DNA of 64,000 bases from the NCBI GenBank assembly GCA_041399045.1, contig JAWKTO010000016.1, positions 10,595 to 74,594 on the forward strand. Reading direction: 5' to 3'. Made by a program: the position numbers and the translations under genes. Below the pieces are notes generated by a model, which saw only the letters and a program-made list of their open reading frames with translations, was not told the origin of the DNA and did no database searches. Positions 20,748 to 29,992 of this stretch are shown one piece after another. This stretch comes from Pirellulaceae bacterium. GTDB lineage: Bacteria > Planctomycetota > Planctomycetia > Pirellulales > Pirellulaceae. The first letter of the stretch is position 1, and each line of letters starts with the position of its first letter.

Positions 20748-21524
20748 CTATGAGCTCAAGCGTCGACGGCGAAGTGAAATCAAACCAATCGCCCCCATGC
20801 CAAGAATGCCAAGCGAAGCTGGTTCGGGTACCTGTGCGGTCGAGAAGTCCAATCTGGCTTGGGCAGTTCCAACGGTTTGTCCTCCTCCTCCCCCCATAGC
20901 ATTGAAATTGGACATGGACCAGGACGAGGCCAATTGGTACTGGTGGCCGTTAATCAGTGAGCCAGCGGTAGATCCCGTGGATGAAATGTCGTAAACACCG
21001 TCTTGCCATTCTTCATAACCTCCCACGAGATCGACGATATTTCCTGAGTTCGTGATGTCTCTCAAGAGGTACTCTAGGCGTGAATTCGCCTGGCCGGTTC
21101 CTCGGAAGTTGTCAAACAGCGAGCTGTAGGTGACATCGTCCGTGATGACCGTGAACTCAATCGATGAGCTGCCGGTCATAAGCGTGTTTTCATCTGCTCC
21201 GGACTGCGCGGGGTCGGCAAAACTGGATGAGTAGAACGTATCCAAACTGTCAGTCGTGTTAAAGGAACTTTGGATTCGACTCTTGAAAAACATGTTCGTG
21301 TCTTCTGCCGTGATGTCATTTCCATTGTGATTAGTTCCAAATTGATCAGAGGCGTTTTGGCTAGTCACGACGTCAATGACAGAGTCGATTTGGATAAGGT
21401 CTGCTGTGACCGAGTCGATACCGCAAGTAGTGATCGCTATGAGTGTGAGGAGCAGGCCCCCGCGGGTTAACATTGACATTAAAATCTCTCCAAAAGCTAG
21501 TGTGATTCTTTTCACCAATTCCAT
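20748..21524 (-). CDS. PEP-CTERM protein
   Basis: 258-aa ORF; the start may instead be the internal MSMLTRGG at 21479. It has the signal peptide LLLTLIAITTCGIDSVTA and the C-terminal VPEPASLGILGMGAIGLISLRRRR. Confidence 0.75.
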   Translation of the reverse strand: MELVKRITLAFGEILMSMLTRGGLLLTLIAITTCGIDSVTADLIQIDSVIDVVTSQNASDQFGTNHNGNDITAEDTNMFFKSRIQSSFNTTDSLDTFYSSSFADPAQSGADENTLMTGSSSIEFTVITDDVTYSSLFDNFRGTGQANSRLEYLLRDITNSGNIVDLVGGYEEWQDGVYDISSTGSTAGSLINGHQYQLASSWSMSNFNAMGGGGGQTVGTAQARLDFSTAQVPEPASLGILGMGAIGLISLRRRRLSS

Positions 21525-21807
21525 TCGCCCGGCGAATCGCTGAGCCAGGTCTATTCGCGATGAGTTACTGCGACGCGTTGATCGCGATCATCGTTTTTGC
21601 GAAAGACATGTACTTCATTCGTTTTGTCCTCAGGCATTGTGGGATGAGGTGTCTCTTCGGAACTATGGAAGCAGGGGCGAGAAACCTTCATGCAATTTTC
21701 AGTTTTTTCGATGAGGATTTTGAAGGAACGGTCACTGGTAAATGTGACTTTGCCAAGTTGGAGGGTTGGCGTTGCAATTGGGATTTAAGGTGTTTCGTTT
21801 TTGAAAT

Positions 21808-21853
21808 CGCGGCTCGCTTGCCTCGGATTACAAACGAGCCGCGTTTCAATTTT
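21808..21853 (+). terminator. orphan rho-independent-terminator-like hairpin in a gene-free gap
   Basis: CGCGGCTCG (21808..21816) pairs perfectly with CGAGCCGCG (21835..21843) across an 18-nt loop, followed by TTTCAATTTTT. There is no convincing CDS upstream on the plus strand. Confidence 0.3.
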
Positions 21854-22410
21854 TCGCCTCAACCAATAGATGGCCGATGTGACAGGAATCCCTTAGAAAA
21901 AAAATTGGAAATCAAAAATGTTTTGCGCGGGTTGTTTGGGGGGCGACAGTTTCATGCATCAACGAATAGTTGCTTTCAGAAAACGCTATCCGGCAGTTAT
22001 CTAGCTGCCAAGTTACTTGCCAGAAAATCCGTCACTTGTCGCGACTTGGTAGCAAATGGTGGAGACTTACCTATTGACAGGTTTATTTTCGCAGTACTTG
22101 TCGCATTCAAGCCGGGCATGTAAGCCGTGTTTTTATTCAGTGGCCGAAGATTTTTTCGGGGTTTTCCTGAAGGCTTTTTCCCCGAAGTTCCATTGGAGTA
22201 GCGATGCGAAAAGCGCTTGGCCTCTGCGTGGTTAGGAGGTTCGTTGCTTTTTTGTTTGGTTGATTCCAAAAAAATGTGGAGAAACCAAAGGGACGACGCT
22301 ACTCGTTTGTGCGACTCGCGTTAGCCGTTTTTCCGAGTTCTGTCGACTCAAACACCAATACGCTGGGATTGCGAAGTCAGTTTTCTATAGAACCCTGTTT
22401 AGGAAATGTC

Positions 22411-23064
22411 ATGACAAACTTTATATTTGGCACGTCATTAATTCGAGTTTCGCAACGCGCGCTTTTTGCGATGGTTGCTGGAGGACTGCTTGTCCTGGTT
22501 GCTGGGCAAGCCAAGGCCGATTTGATCGGATTCAACTTCGTCCTCACAAAAGCTGGGGGCAATTTTGATACCTCATATCAATACGGAATCGAAAACAAAG
22601 CCTCGGGAAACACATTTGGGGTTTCTGCGTTTGAGAGCACAGGAGGGAATGGGTACAACTTTTTTGTATACTTTGCGGATAATGCCGGTAGTCCAGACAC
22701 TCATCTGAAAAACCACAACGGCGGAGTAACTCTCGGCTGGGGTGGCTCTGGCCTTGCAGCGGCATTCCCTCCTACCGGGATGACTTCCGCTCCGACGATC
22801 CGAGCACTTATTCCGGGAGTTGACCGAAATTCGACGCAGTACGGCGCGATATCGGAGGTGGCCCCTGATGGAGGCATGTTTGTCCAAAGCTTCGATTCTG
22901 ATTCGTTTACATTAGGTATTTCGGACACGGCCACGATTTCCAATGGCGCCAAAGTCGGCTATGAAATAACCCTGCACGCTGTCCCGGAACCATCCACCGT
23001 TTTCCTGCTCGGTATGGGTACCATTGGACTCATCGGCCTTCGGCGAAAAAGAAGAATTAGCTGA
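22411..23064 (+). CDS. PEP-CTERM protein
   Basis: ORF 22276..23064. The likely start is ATG 22411, with signal peptide ALFAMVAGGLLVLVAGQAKA. The C-terminus is VPEPSTVFLLGMGTIGLIGLRRKRR. Confidence 0.75.
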   Translation: MTNFIFGTSLIRVSQRALFAMVAGGLLVLVAGQAKADLIGFNFVLTKAGGNFDTSYQYGIENKASGNTFGVSAFESTGGNGYNFFVYFADNAGSPDTHLKNHNGGVTLGWGGSGLAAAFPPTGMTSAPTIRALIPGVDRNSTQYGAISEVAPDGGMFVQSFDSDSFTLGISDTATISNGAKVGYEITLHAVPEPSTVFLLGMGTIGLIGLRRKRRIS

Positions 23065-23093
23065 CGCTGCCTCGGTCCAGTATTTCGCCAATC

Positions 23094-23153
23094 GAATTCA
23101 GCGGGCAGAAGTGCCCGCTGCTACATTTACAACTTCGGCGGCTGCCCCTGATT
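23094..23153. repeat. REP-like palindromic element, copy 1 (likely bidirectional terminator hairpin)
   Basis: GAATTCAGCGGGCAGAAGTGCCCGCTGCTACATTT... contains a perfect 9-bp stem, CAGCGGGCA (23099..23107) / TGCCCGCTG (23112..23120), with loop GAAG. It is repeated at 23357..23410 and related to units at 52372..52439. Confidence 0.65.
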
Positions 23154-23356
23154 ATTTTGACACCTGATTTTTATGCGTTTTGCCATGAGCGGGATTTGAG
23201 AATTAGGTGTAAACGCAAAAGGGATGTGCGTTAGTTGGGCGACGATCGTTTAAGCACATGCCCACGCAAAGCCGAGGGCATGGCACCCGGAAGGCATGGC
23301 ACCAGGCTTGGGTACAACTATGTCGGAGTTTTTCGAGAAGCGAAAATGAAAAAGTT

Positions 23357-23410
23357 GAATTCAGCGGCCAGAAGTGCCCGCTGCTACATTTTTTTGGCGG
23401 CTGCCCCGAT
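23357..23410. repeat. REP-like palindromic element, copy 2
   Basis: GAATTCAGCGGCCAGAAGTGCCCGCTGCTACATTTTTTTGGCGGCTGCCCCGATT is near-identical to copy 1, with one stem mismatch. A T-run follows on the plus strand. It sits 13 nt past the 3' end of the minus-strand sigma gene. Confidence 0.65.
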
Positions 23411-23422
23411 TGCTCTAAAACG

Positions 23423-24094
23423 TTATTGATTGACGATCTCTTCGAGCTTGGTGCGAATGGCTCGACGATAGCGTTCGATGGAGGATGGAGCGCAGTCCAA
23501 TGCTTCCGCCAATTCAGTGTTCGACACGGAACCGGAAGTCAGCATCATCAACACTTGACGTGGTTTTTCGTCGAGCTGTTTTACCAGTTCTGCAAAAAGA
23601 CCTTGAACATTGTCGCCCAGATCTTCAACGATTGACGCCAGGTACTCTTGCTCCAAGAGCGGCAGTTCAACCGATTTCTCATCGAGCCAGACGGATTCAA
23701 CTTGGGCAATGGCAAGATTCTGAATGGCTGGCACTGCCAACGTGCCTTGATCGTCATTGTTGAGATTGACGTTGCGTTTTCCGGCAAGGTGGTATTTTTT
23801 ACGGTCGCGAACCTTGCCGATTACAAATTGACGCAACAATCCATCGAGTTCCTTTTCTCCAAAGAACTCACATTGTCCTTGTTGGACACGAATGCAAATC
23901 GATTTCACAGCACTGATCGCGATGTCTTCAAAATCATCCATGGGGCTCAGTTTGTGAGCTTTGAGCCGCGCGATCTCAAAGGCCTTGGGTAGCAGGTATT
24001 CGGCGAGTTGGTTCAGCGCCATTGGATCGCCATTGCGCGAGTCGGTGATGCACTGTTGAAGAGCGAGGACGTTTTGCGGTGCAAAGAGATTCAT
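23423..24094 (-). CDS. ECF-type RNA polymerase sigma factor (planctomycetal Sigma70_ECF-like), divergent from a Ser/Thr kinase gene
   Basis: ORF 23423..24181, likely start ATG 24094. The N-terminal helix bundle is NGDPMALNQLAEYLLPKAFEIARLK...FEDIAISAVKSICIRV. The C-terminal region-4-like HTH is KPRQVLMMLTSGSVSNTELAEALDCAPSSIERYRRAIRTKL. Confidence 0.7.
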   Translation of the reverse strand: MNLFAPQNVLALQQCITDSRNGDPMALNQLAEYLLPKAFEIARLKAHKLSPMDDFEDIAISAVKSICIRVQQGQCEFFGEKELDGLLRQFVIGKVRDRKKYHLAGKRNVNLNNDDQGTLAVPAIQNLAIAQVESVWLDEKSVELPLLEQEYLASIVEDLGDNVQGLFAELVKQLDEKPRQVLMMLTSGSVSNTELAEALDCAPSSIERYRRAIRTKLEEIVNQ

Positions 24095-24256
24095 GGAGCA
24101 ATTTCGAAAATTTATTTGGTGAAAACAATTTTGTCTGACGTAAAGCCCTGAAAAACTCCATAATTCATCAAAGGGTCTCACTGTTTTGGCCTCTTCCAGA
24201 CTAATATCTCTTTACGGCGGTTACAAGTATTTTGGCTCTTCTTTCGTTGTTGTTGA

Positions 24257-27200
24257 TTGACGGCTAGCGTGGATACCGATTCCGAGAACAAGCTGATTGA
24301 CCAATTTGAAGAGGAGGTCAAGTCGGGTGTTTCACCAAACATTGAGCGCCTGCTTGCGCTTTTTCCCGAGGAATCGCGTCAACGGATCCTGTTTGAATTG
24401 ATTTCCATTCAGATTTACCACACGATCCGAAAAGGATTTCGTTCACAACGTTCGGATTATTCCGAATTTGGCGAAGATGCGGTTGAACATGCAAAACGCG
24501 TTCGCGCAGAGGTCGAGAATCAGTTTTTTGCCAAACCGGCAAGTTCCAAATTGCAAGCGAGCGACCTGTCTGGACAGGTTTCCGAAACGCCAACCCGTTC
24601 ACGTCCGCCTCAAACCATCGGCCCCTACAAGCTGATTGAACCGCTGGGTGAAGGCGGAATGGGAATCGTATGGCTCGCACAACAAGACCAACCCGTCAAG
24701 CGTCGCGTTGCCCTGAAACTGGTTCGGTCTGAATTGACCTCTTCGGAGGTGCTTGCTCGTTTGAGCGCGGAAAAGCAAGCGTTGTCGATGATGTCTCATC
24801 CGAATATTGCTCAGTTTCTGGATGCGGGTACGGCAGACGATGGTCGTCCCTATTTCGTCATGGAACTGGTGGAAGGGATTCCGATCACACAGTATTGCGA
24901 TGAACATCGTTTGGGCGTTGATGGCCGCCTCAAGCTGTTTGTGTCTGTTTGCAAAGCAGTGCAGCACGCCCATCAAAAAGGAATTGTGCATCGAGACCTG
25001 AAGCCCACCAATGTTCTGATCACGGAGATGGATGGAGAAGCGGTTCCCAAAGTCATTGACTTTGGTCTGGCAAAGGCGGTCGATCAGCATCTCAGGCTCA
25101 CGGAGGAAACCCTTCGAACGGAATTTGGAAAGATTGTGGGGACGGTCCAGTACATGTCTCCGGAACAAGCGGAGCTACGAAACGCTGATTCCGAGGACAT
25201 CGATACGCGAACCGACGTTTATTCACTAGGAGTAATGCTGTATGAATTGCTGACGGGTTCTACTCCAGTGGATAAAGCGGTTTTGAGTGCGAATGCTTTG
25301 CTGCGCATTCTGCAGATGATTCGCGAAGACGATCCACCGCGACCCAGCGACCGACTAAGTTCATCATCGCATGAAGTGAACGCCGATGTCAGCGATCGTC
25401 GCCGTCTGCATCCGGCTCGGCTCAAGCAGTTGCTGCAGGGTGAACTGGATTGGGTGGTGATGAAGGCGATCGAAAAACAACCCGATCGTCGTTATCAAGC
25501 GGCAAGTGATCTGGCACATGACCTTTCCAATTACCTGATCGGTGAAACGGTGTCGGCGCGGCCACCTTCGAAATGGTATCAGATTCGCAAATTTACGCAG
25601 CGGAATCGCGAGTTGGTCGGTGCTGTACTCGCGATTGGAATTGCCTTGATAGCGGGAATTATTGGAACCAGTTATGGACTGATTCGCGCGAACGAAAAGA
25701 CACAACTTGCTGAAGAGAAGACAAGCGAAGCTGAAACAGAGCGATTGAACGCCCAATTTAGTGAACACCAGGCATTGTCGGCAAAGAAGACTGCTGTCGC
25801 GAACGAACAACGGGCCCGCGATTCCGAAGCAGATGCAACCTTTCAACTGGCCATCGCCAGGTACGACGCGCACCAGGCAAATGTAGCGAGATCCCTCCTT
25901 CACCAAATCCCTGATGAATATCGAGACAATTTTGAATGGCACTATTGCAACCAAAGGTTTCAAGGGAGCAATGTAACCTGTTATGGACACACATCGTCGA
26001 TCGACGGCGTCGCCTATACTCCCGATGGCTCTCAAATGGTTTCTGCTTCGCACGACGGAACTGTCAGGTTGTGGGACACGTCAACAGGTCTGGAAATTAA
26101 CAGAATCAATCTGGAAGACGAGCGTCCGGTGTCTATCGCGATCAGTCGCGATGGATCCAGAGTTGCCACCGCGTCCGATGAAACCATCAAACTCTGGGAC
26201 ATCAAAACACATGAGGTGATTGGTCGGCTAGATGGGCACTCGGAAAAAATCATTTGCCTTTCATTTAACGATGATGGAAGTCGACTTGCGTCGGCATCGT
26301 CTGACAATGCAATCAAGGTATGGGATATCAATTCGGCAGAGGAAGTGATCGCGATTGGTGGTAACACGGTTTCGGTTACATCGTTCGCTTTTAGTCCGAA
26401 CGGCAAACAACTGGCTTCAGCAAGTGAATTTGACTGGGCGATTAGTATTTGGGACATCGAATCCGGTGAGTTGATTGAAGTTGTACGTAATCGGTCTAAA
26501 GCAAATCAAATTGCTTTCAGTCCGGACGGCTCACGCCTTGTTTCTGTGCATTATGGTTTGTTCGTTATTTGGGATACCGAGACTTGGCTTCCCGTATTCG
26601 TAGGTCACAGGTCACATAACCGCGTCGTCCGTTGTGTCGCCTTTAGTCCTGACGGTACGCGATTCGCAACAAGCGGAGATGATTGCATCATCAAACTATG
26701 GGACACGCGCACTGGCGGTTTGCTTGATACGCTCAGCGGTCACTCGCAATCAATTTTTAACTTGGCTTTTAGCCCGGATGGTTCTCACCTTGCGTCGAGC
26801 AGCTCTGACACAACCGTCAAAATCTGGCGAGTGAGCAACAACGATGGTCTTATGTTGGCAGGGCATGTCGACCATGTTTACGCCGTTGCTTTTGATTCGT
26901 TTGGCGAACAGATGGCTACCGGGGGAGCCGACGGAGTCATTATTCTGCGAAATGCGCGGACAGGCTGTACTCATTTTCGTATCGAGGGAAATTCGAAAGC
27001 GATCAATAAACTTTCCTTTAGTCCTGATGGAATCCGAATCGCTTCGGCGGGCGACGACAACTCAATTCGAATTTGGGACACGCAAACCGGAGAGCAAATA
27101 GCGGTATTGGCGGGACATGAAAGTTCGGTTTCCGGACTGGACTATAGTCCGGACGGTTCCCGATTGGTTTCGTCAAGTCGCGACGGGACAGTCAAGCTAT

Positions 27201-29023
27201 GGGACATGACAACGTTTCAAGAAACGATGACGTTACGAGGACATCATTCCATTGTGTATGACGTTGCCTTCAGTCCGGATGGGATGCGGATTGTTTCTGC
27301 AGGCGGTGATGCACTGATTCGGTTGTGGGACGTCCAGTCCGGAAATGAGATTCGAACATTCAATGGGCATGTCGGCCTGGTTAGATCGGTGGCATTTGCT
27401 CCTAATGGAAAGCGGATTGCCTCCGGCGGCTACGATCCGAATGTCCGGATTTGGGATGTTTCGTCAGGTCAGCAGGTTGGGTCAGCACGTGCGGGTGTGG
27501 GGGCAGTGTTCACACTTGCGTACAGTCCCGATGGGAAAAGGATTGCCGTTGGTGGTACGGATCGGGAGGTTCGGCTAATCGATGCGACGAGTGGTAAAGT
27601 ATGTGTGGCCTTTCCGCCGCTGGAGGGAGGGGTGGCGGACATTGCCTTTAAATCCGACAACTCCATGCTGGCTGTAGCTATTGGCAGTCCGCTGGGGACC
27701 GCCAGAATCTGGGAATCTCCCAGGACAAGTGAACTAAGGATATTGAGTGGGCACTCCAGTGACGTAACCGACCTGACGTTTGGCGTCGATGACTCACGGA
27801 TTTGCTCGCAGGCAATTGATGAAAAATTGGTTTGGAACGCTGCAAACGGGGAATTGATCGTTGATGCGGCATGGGAACCGCCTGACGTGACAAAACGCGT
27901 TTCTGAAAACGGACGATGGTTTTTGACTTCCGATTCCAAAGATGTGGTACTTGTCGATCTGGAATTCAAGCGGAGGCGTGTCGGAAATGATCAGCGAATG
28001 GTTTCCGACGTATTCGATCCCTATTGGCACCGGAATCAAGGCAACGCATCCATGCAGGTAAACGATTGGTTTTCTGCCGTATTCCATTATGGCTGGCTGA
28101 TAAAAAACTTTCCTGATTCACTTGAATATTATGTTGCGCTGCAATCTGCCTATCGCAATCTGGTTGCAAAGAATCGGTATGATATTGAGTCGGTGTGCCA
28201 AGTACGTGACATTACCAGCAACCATCATGGCCGTTTTTATTCAGAGCTGGTAAAGGTGCGTGCCGCTATTGTCCCGACAGTAAAGTCCGAAACAGAACGC
28301 GAATTCGATGAGCATTCAGCTTCGGAAAAAAGTTCAAACGGTGCAATGGTCTTCGATGGAGCAAGCCTTGTCGAGATTGGCGAATTGCCTTTCTGCGAAA
28401 GCAGCTTTACCGTTGAAGGATGGTTCAAATACGATTGGAGGACCAACCTTGAGGGAGCGAACTCAACAGGTGCTGTGTTTACAGTTGCCTCCAGTGAAAA
28501 ATATACCGCAGTGGGAGCTGAGGTTTTTGCTGACGGACGCCTAAGAGTCGTTCATCGCAATCCTCCTCATAACATAGGAGGAATCAATCTCATTAGTCGA
28601 ACCAATGTTGCCGACCAGCAATGGCATCATTTGGCGGTAGTGAGGGGCGACGATGCCAAGCTTCGCTTGTTTATCAACGGAGAATTGGAAGACATTTCCG
28701 AAGTAGTCGTTGATGATTTTGAAAGCGCGTCCTATCCAGTAAACATCGGGATGAATGTGAAACAAAATCCGCGATATTTCACAGGACTGATGGATGATAT
28801 TCGGTTTTGGAGCAGGGCTCGGTCAGGCGAGGAGATCATTGCTGGTATGCACTCGCCAGTCGAGCCTGCAAGTCCCGGTCTTGTGGCAGCTTATGATTTC
28901 GACGACGAAGATCAAATCCTGAATCCGATCGAGAACGTTACCCCCGACATTAATGTTTCACCTGTCGTCATTGAGTCTCTGAAGTCTTCACCGATGAGTC
29001 TTTCCCGCAAGCCATTGAAGTAA
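24257..29023 (+). CDS. membrane Ser/Thr protein kinase with about 14 WD40 repeats and a C-terminal LamG (concanavalin-like lectin) domain
   Basis: 1588-aa ORF starting at TTG 24257 or GTG 24269, with no early ATG. Hanks kinase motifs are present: GEGGMGIVWLA, VALKLV, HRDLKPTNVL, DFGLAK and SPEQ. One TM helix is coded at about 25613..25684 (LVGAVLAIGIALIAGIIGTSYGLI), followed by a coiled coil. About 14 units end in xxLWD/IWD (VRLWDTSTG, IKLWDIKTH ... ARIWESPRT). The LamG-like end reads FDGASLVEIG...FTVEGWFK...WHHLAVVRGDDAKLRLFINGEL...GLMDDIRFWSRARSGEEI. Confidence 0.9.
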   Translation: MTASVDTDSENKLIDQFEEEVKSGVSPNIERLLALFPEESRQRILFELISIQIYHTIRKGFRSQRSDYSEFGEDAVEHAKRVRAEVENQFFAKPASSKLQASDLSGQVSETPTRSRPPQTIGPYKLIEPLGEGGMGIVWLAQQDQPVKRRVALKLVRSELTSSEVLARLSAEKQALSMMSHPNIAQFLDAGTADDGRPYFVMELVEGIPITQYCDEHRLGVDGRLKLFVSVCKAVQHAHQKGIVHRDLKPTNVLITEMDGEAVPKVIDFGLAKAVDQHLRLTEETLRTEFGKIVGTVQYMSPEQAELRNADSEDIDTRTDVYSLGVMLYELLTGSTPVDKAVLSANALLRILQMIREDDPPRPSDRLSSSSHEVNADVSDRRRLHPARLKQLLQGELDWVVMKAIEKQPDRRYQAASDLAHDLSNYLIGETVSARPPSKWYQIRKFTQRNRELVGAVLAIGIALIAGIIGTSYGLIRANEKTQLAEEKTSEAETERLNAQFSEHQALSAKKTAVANEQRARDSEADATFQLAIARYDAHQANVARSLLHQIPDEYRDNFEWHYCNQRFQGSNVTCYGHTSSIDGVAYTPDGSQMVSASHDGTVRLWDTSTGLEINRINLEDERPVSIAISRDGSRVATASDETIKLWDIKTHEVIGRLDGHSEKIICLSFNDDGSRLASASSDNAIKVWDINSAEEVIAIGGNTVSVTSFAFSPNGKQLASASEFDWAISIWDIESGELIEVVRNRSKANQIAFSPDGSRLVSVHYGLFVIWDTETWLPVFVGHRSHNRVVRCVAFSPDGTRFATSGDDCIIKLWDTRTGGLLDTLSGHSQSIFNLAFSPDGSHLASSSSDTTVKIWRVSNNDGLMLAGHVDHVYAVAFDSFGEQMATGGADGVIILRNARTGCTHFRIEGNSKAINKLSFSPDGIRIASAGDDNSIRIWDTQTGEQIAVLAGHESSVSGLDYSPDGSRLVSSSRDGTVKLWDMTTFQETMTLRGHHSIVYDVAFSPDGMRIVSAGGDALIRLWDVQSGNEIRTFNGHVGLVRSVAFAPNGKRIASGGYDPNVRIWDVSSGQQVGSARAGVGAVFTLAYSPDGKRIAVGGTDREVRLIDATSGKVCVAFPPLEGGVADIAFKSDNSMLAVAIGSPLGTARIWESPRTSELRILSGHSSDVTDLTFGVDDSRICSQAIDEKLVWNAANGELIVDAAWEPPDVTKRVSENGRWFLTSDSKDVVLVDLEFKRRRVGNDQRMVSDVFDPYWHRNQGNASMQVNDWFSAVFHYGWLIKNFPDSLEYYVALQSAYRNLVAKNRYDIESVCQVRDITSNHHGRFYSELVKVRAAIVPTVKSETEREFDEHSASEKSSNGAMVFDGASLVEIGELPFCESSFTVEGWFKYDWRTNLEGANSTGAVFTVASSEKYTAVGAEVFADGRLRVVHRNPPHNIGGINLISRTNVADQQWHHLAVVRGDDAKLRLFINGELEDISEVVVDDFESASYPVNIGMNVKQNPRYFTGLMDDIRFWSRARSGEEIIAGMHSPVEPASPGLVAAYDFDDEDQILNPIENVTPDINVSPVVIESLKSSPMSLSRKPLK

Positions 29024-29066
29024 GCGTTTTCATGTTTCCCAACCTTGAGACGTATGGCTCAGGAAT

Positions 29067-29642
29067 TCAATCTTCCTCAACACGCTGAAACACTTGTACG
29101 TTTCCAACGACTTCGCGCGCATGGGACGCAATGGTTGCCAGTAATTTGTCAGCATTGCAACGAACTGATGATGAAAATGGAAAGTGTTCAATCACTGCTG
29201 GCACTTCGCCGTTGAACAGGTATTCCCCAATTTTTTTGCCATCGATCATCCATACACAAAGATACCCGTCTTTGACTGCGACAATGGCAAGCCGCCGATA
29301 TTCAATCGTTTCACCGGATAGCACTTCAATTTCAACGATGGCGTGAGGTTGCTCAGGAGAAATCTCATAAGTGCGAAATTGTACAGAAGTCGTTTCATCA
29401 GCCTTTCCACCAGGATCGATGAACCGAACACGATAGTCGTTCTCGAATTCAATCACCATTCGACTTGCCGCGGCGTCGTACGAAAACTCCGGGTTGGGAA
29501 CCGCTTGCCAATTGCCGGAGAATCCAAAGTCTCGCGGTGAGCATTCAGAAACAACCTGCTCGATTGGCGCAAGGCCGGTGTTTACATTGCATCCCATCTG
29601 CGTAAGGCTTAGGAAAGAAATGAGTAGCAGAAGATGTTTCAT
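29067..29642 (-). CDS. hypothetical lipoprotein
   Basis: ORF 29067..29672, likely start ATG 29642 (MKHLLLLISFLSLTQMGC|N lipobox). I recognise no family. Confidence 0.5.
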   Translation of the reverse strand: MKHLLLLISFLSLTQMGCNVNTGLAPIEQVVSECSPRDFGFSGNWQAVPNPEFSYDAAASRMVIEFENDYRVRFIDPGGKADETTSVQFRTYEISPEQPHAIVEIEVLSGETIEYRRLAIVAVKDGYLCVWMIDGKKIGEYLFNGEVPAVIEHFPFSSSVRCNADKLLATIASHAREVVGNVQVFQRVEED

Positions 29643-29778
29643 GAGGTGACCCCGATGATCAGATGTTTGCAATTGAAGGTTGAAGTAAGAACGATTTAGC
29701 TGTTCAAATTAACAAGATTTAAATGATTGAAAAACAACATTGAGTTTCGCTAGCTCTATTTTTTCGGACGCTGGCGCT

Positions 29779-29868
29779 GAGTTGCCCGTTCGTGAGCGGC
29801 ACGGCACTAGCCGCTGGTATTGCTGGTTGGCTACTCAGGCTCACTTGCTTGCGCTGCGGGCTTGTATT
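29779..29868 (+). repeat. 90-nt intergenic direct repeat, copy 1
   Basis: GAGTTGCCCGTTCGTGAGCGGCACGGCACTAGCCGCTGGTATTGCTGGTTGGCTACTCAGGCTCACTTGCTTGCGCTGCGGGCTTGTATT. I count about 83 of 90 positions identical to 30119..30208, in the same orientation. Confidence 0.7.
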
Positions 29869-29906
29869 TTGGGTTCTCAAACAAGCACGGGACGGTTCCG
29901 CATTCT

Positions 29907-29930
29907 TTGCGGCTTGGCGGCTTTGCGTGA
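29907..29930. repeat. dispersed intergenic repeat core TTGCGGCTTGGCGGCTTTGCGTGA
   Basis: Matches the reverse complement of 8900..8923. A partial inverted copy lies at 29993..30019. Confidence 0.6.
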
Positions 29931-29992
29931 TATTGATGGATTCATGGATCTTTACCAAATTTCTCAGCATGTTTTTGCCATGAGGGCATGTC

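Noticed and set aside
21560-22123. 187-aa plus-strand ORF in the gap between PEP-CTERM genes
   Set aside because: It has no signal peptide, TM helix or recognisable motif. It contains a terminator-like hairpin in its middle. The Cys/Phe/Arg-rich composition looks like translated non-coding DNA.
23258-23635. 125-aa plus-strand ORF overlapping the REP-like elements and the 3' end of the sigma factor gene
   Set aside because: It starts in repeat DNA (GHGTRKAWHQAW from the GGCATGGCACC duplication) and runs antisense into a supported CDS.
25364-26053. Long minus-strand ORFs inside the two kinase genes (25364..26053, 26032..26457, 27469..27969, 30644..31126, 31439..31948, 32353..33054)
   Set aside because: All lie fully inside strongly supported plus-strand kinase CDSs and show no family features. 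They are typical antisense frames kept open by codon bias.
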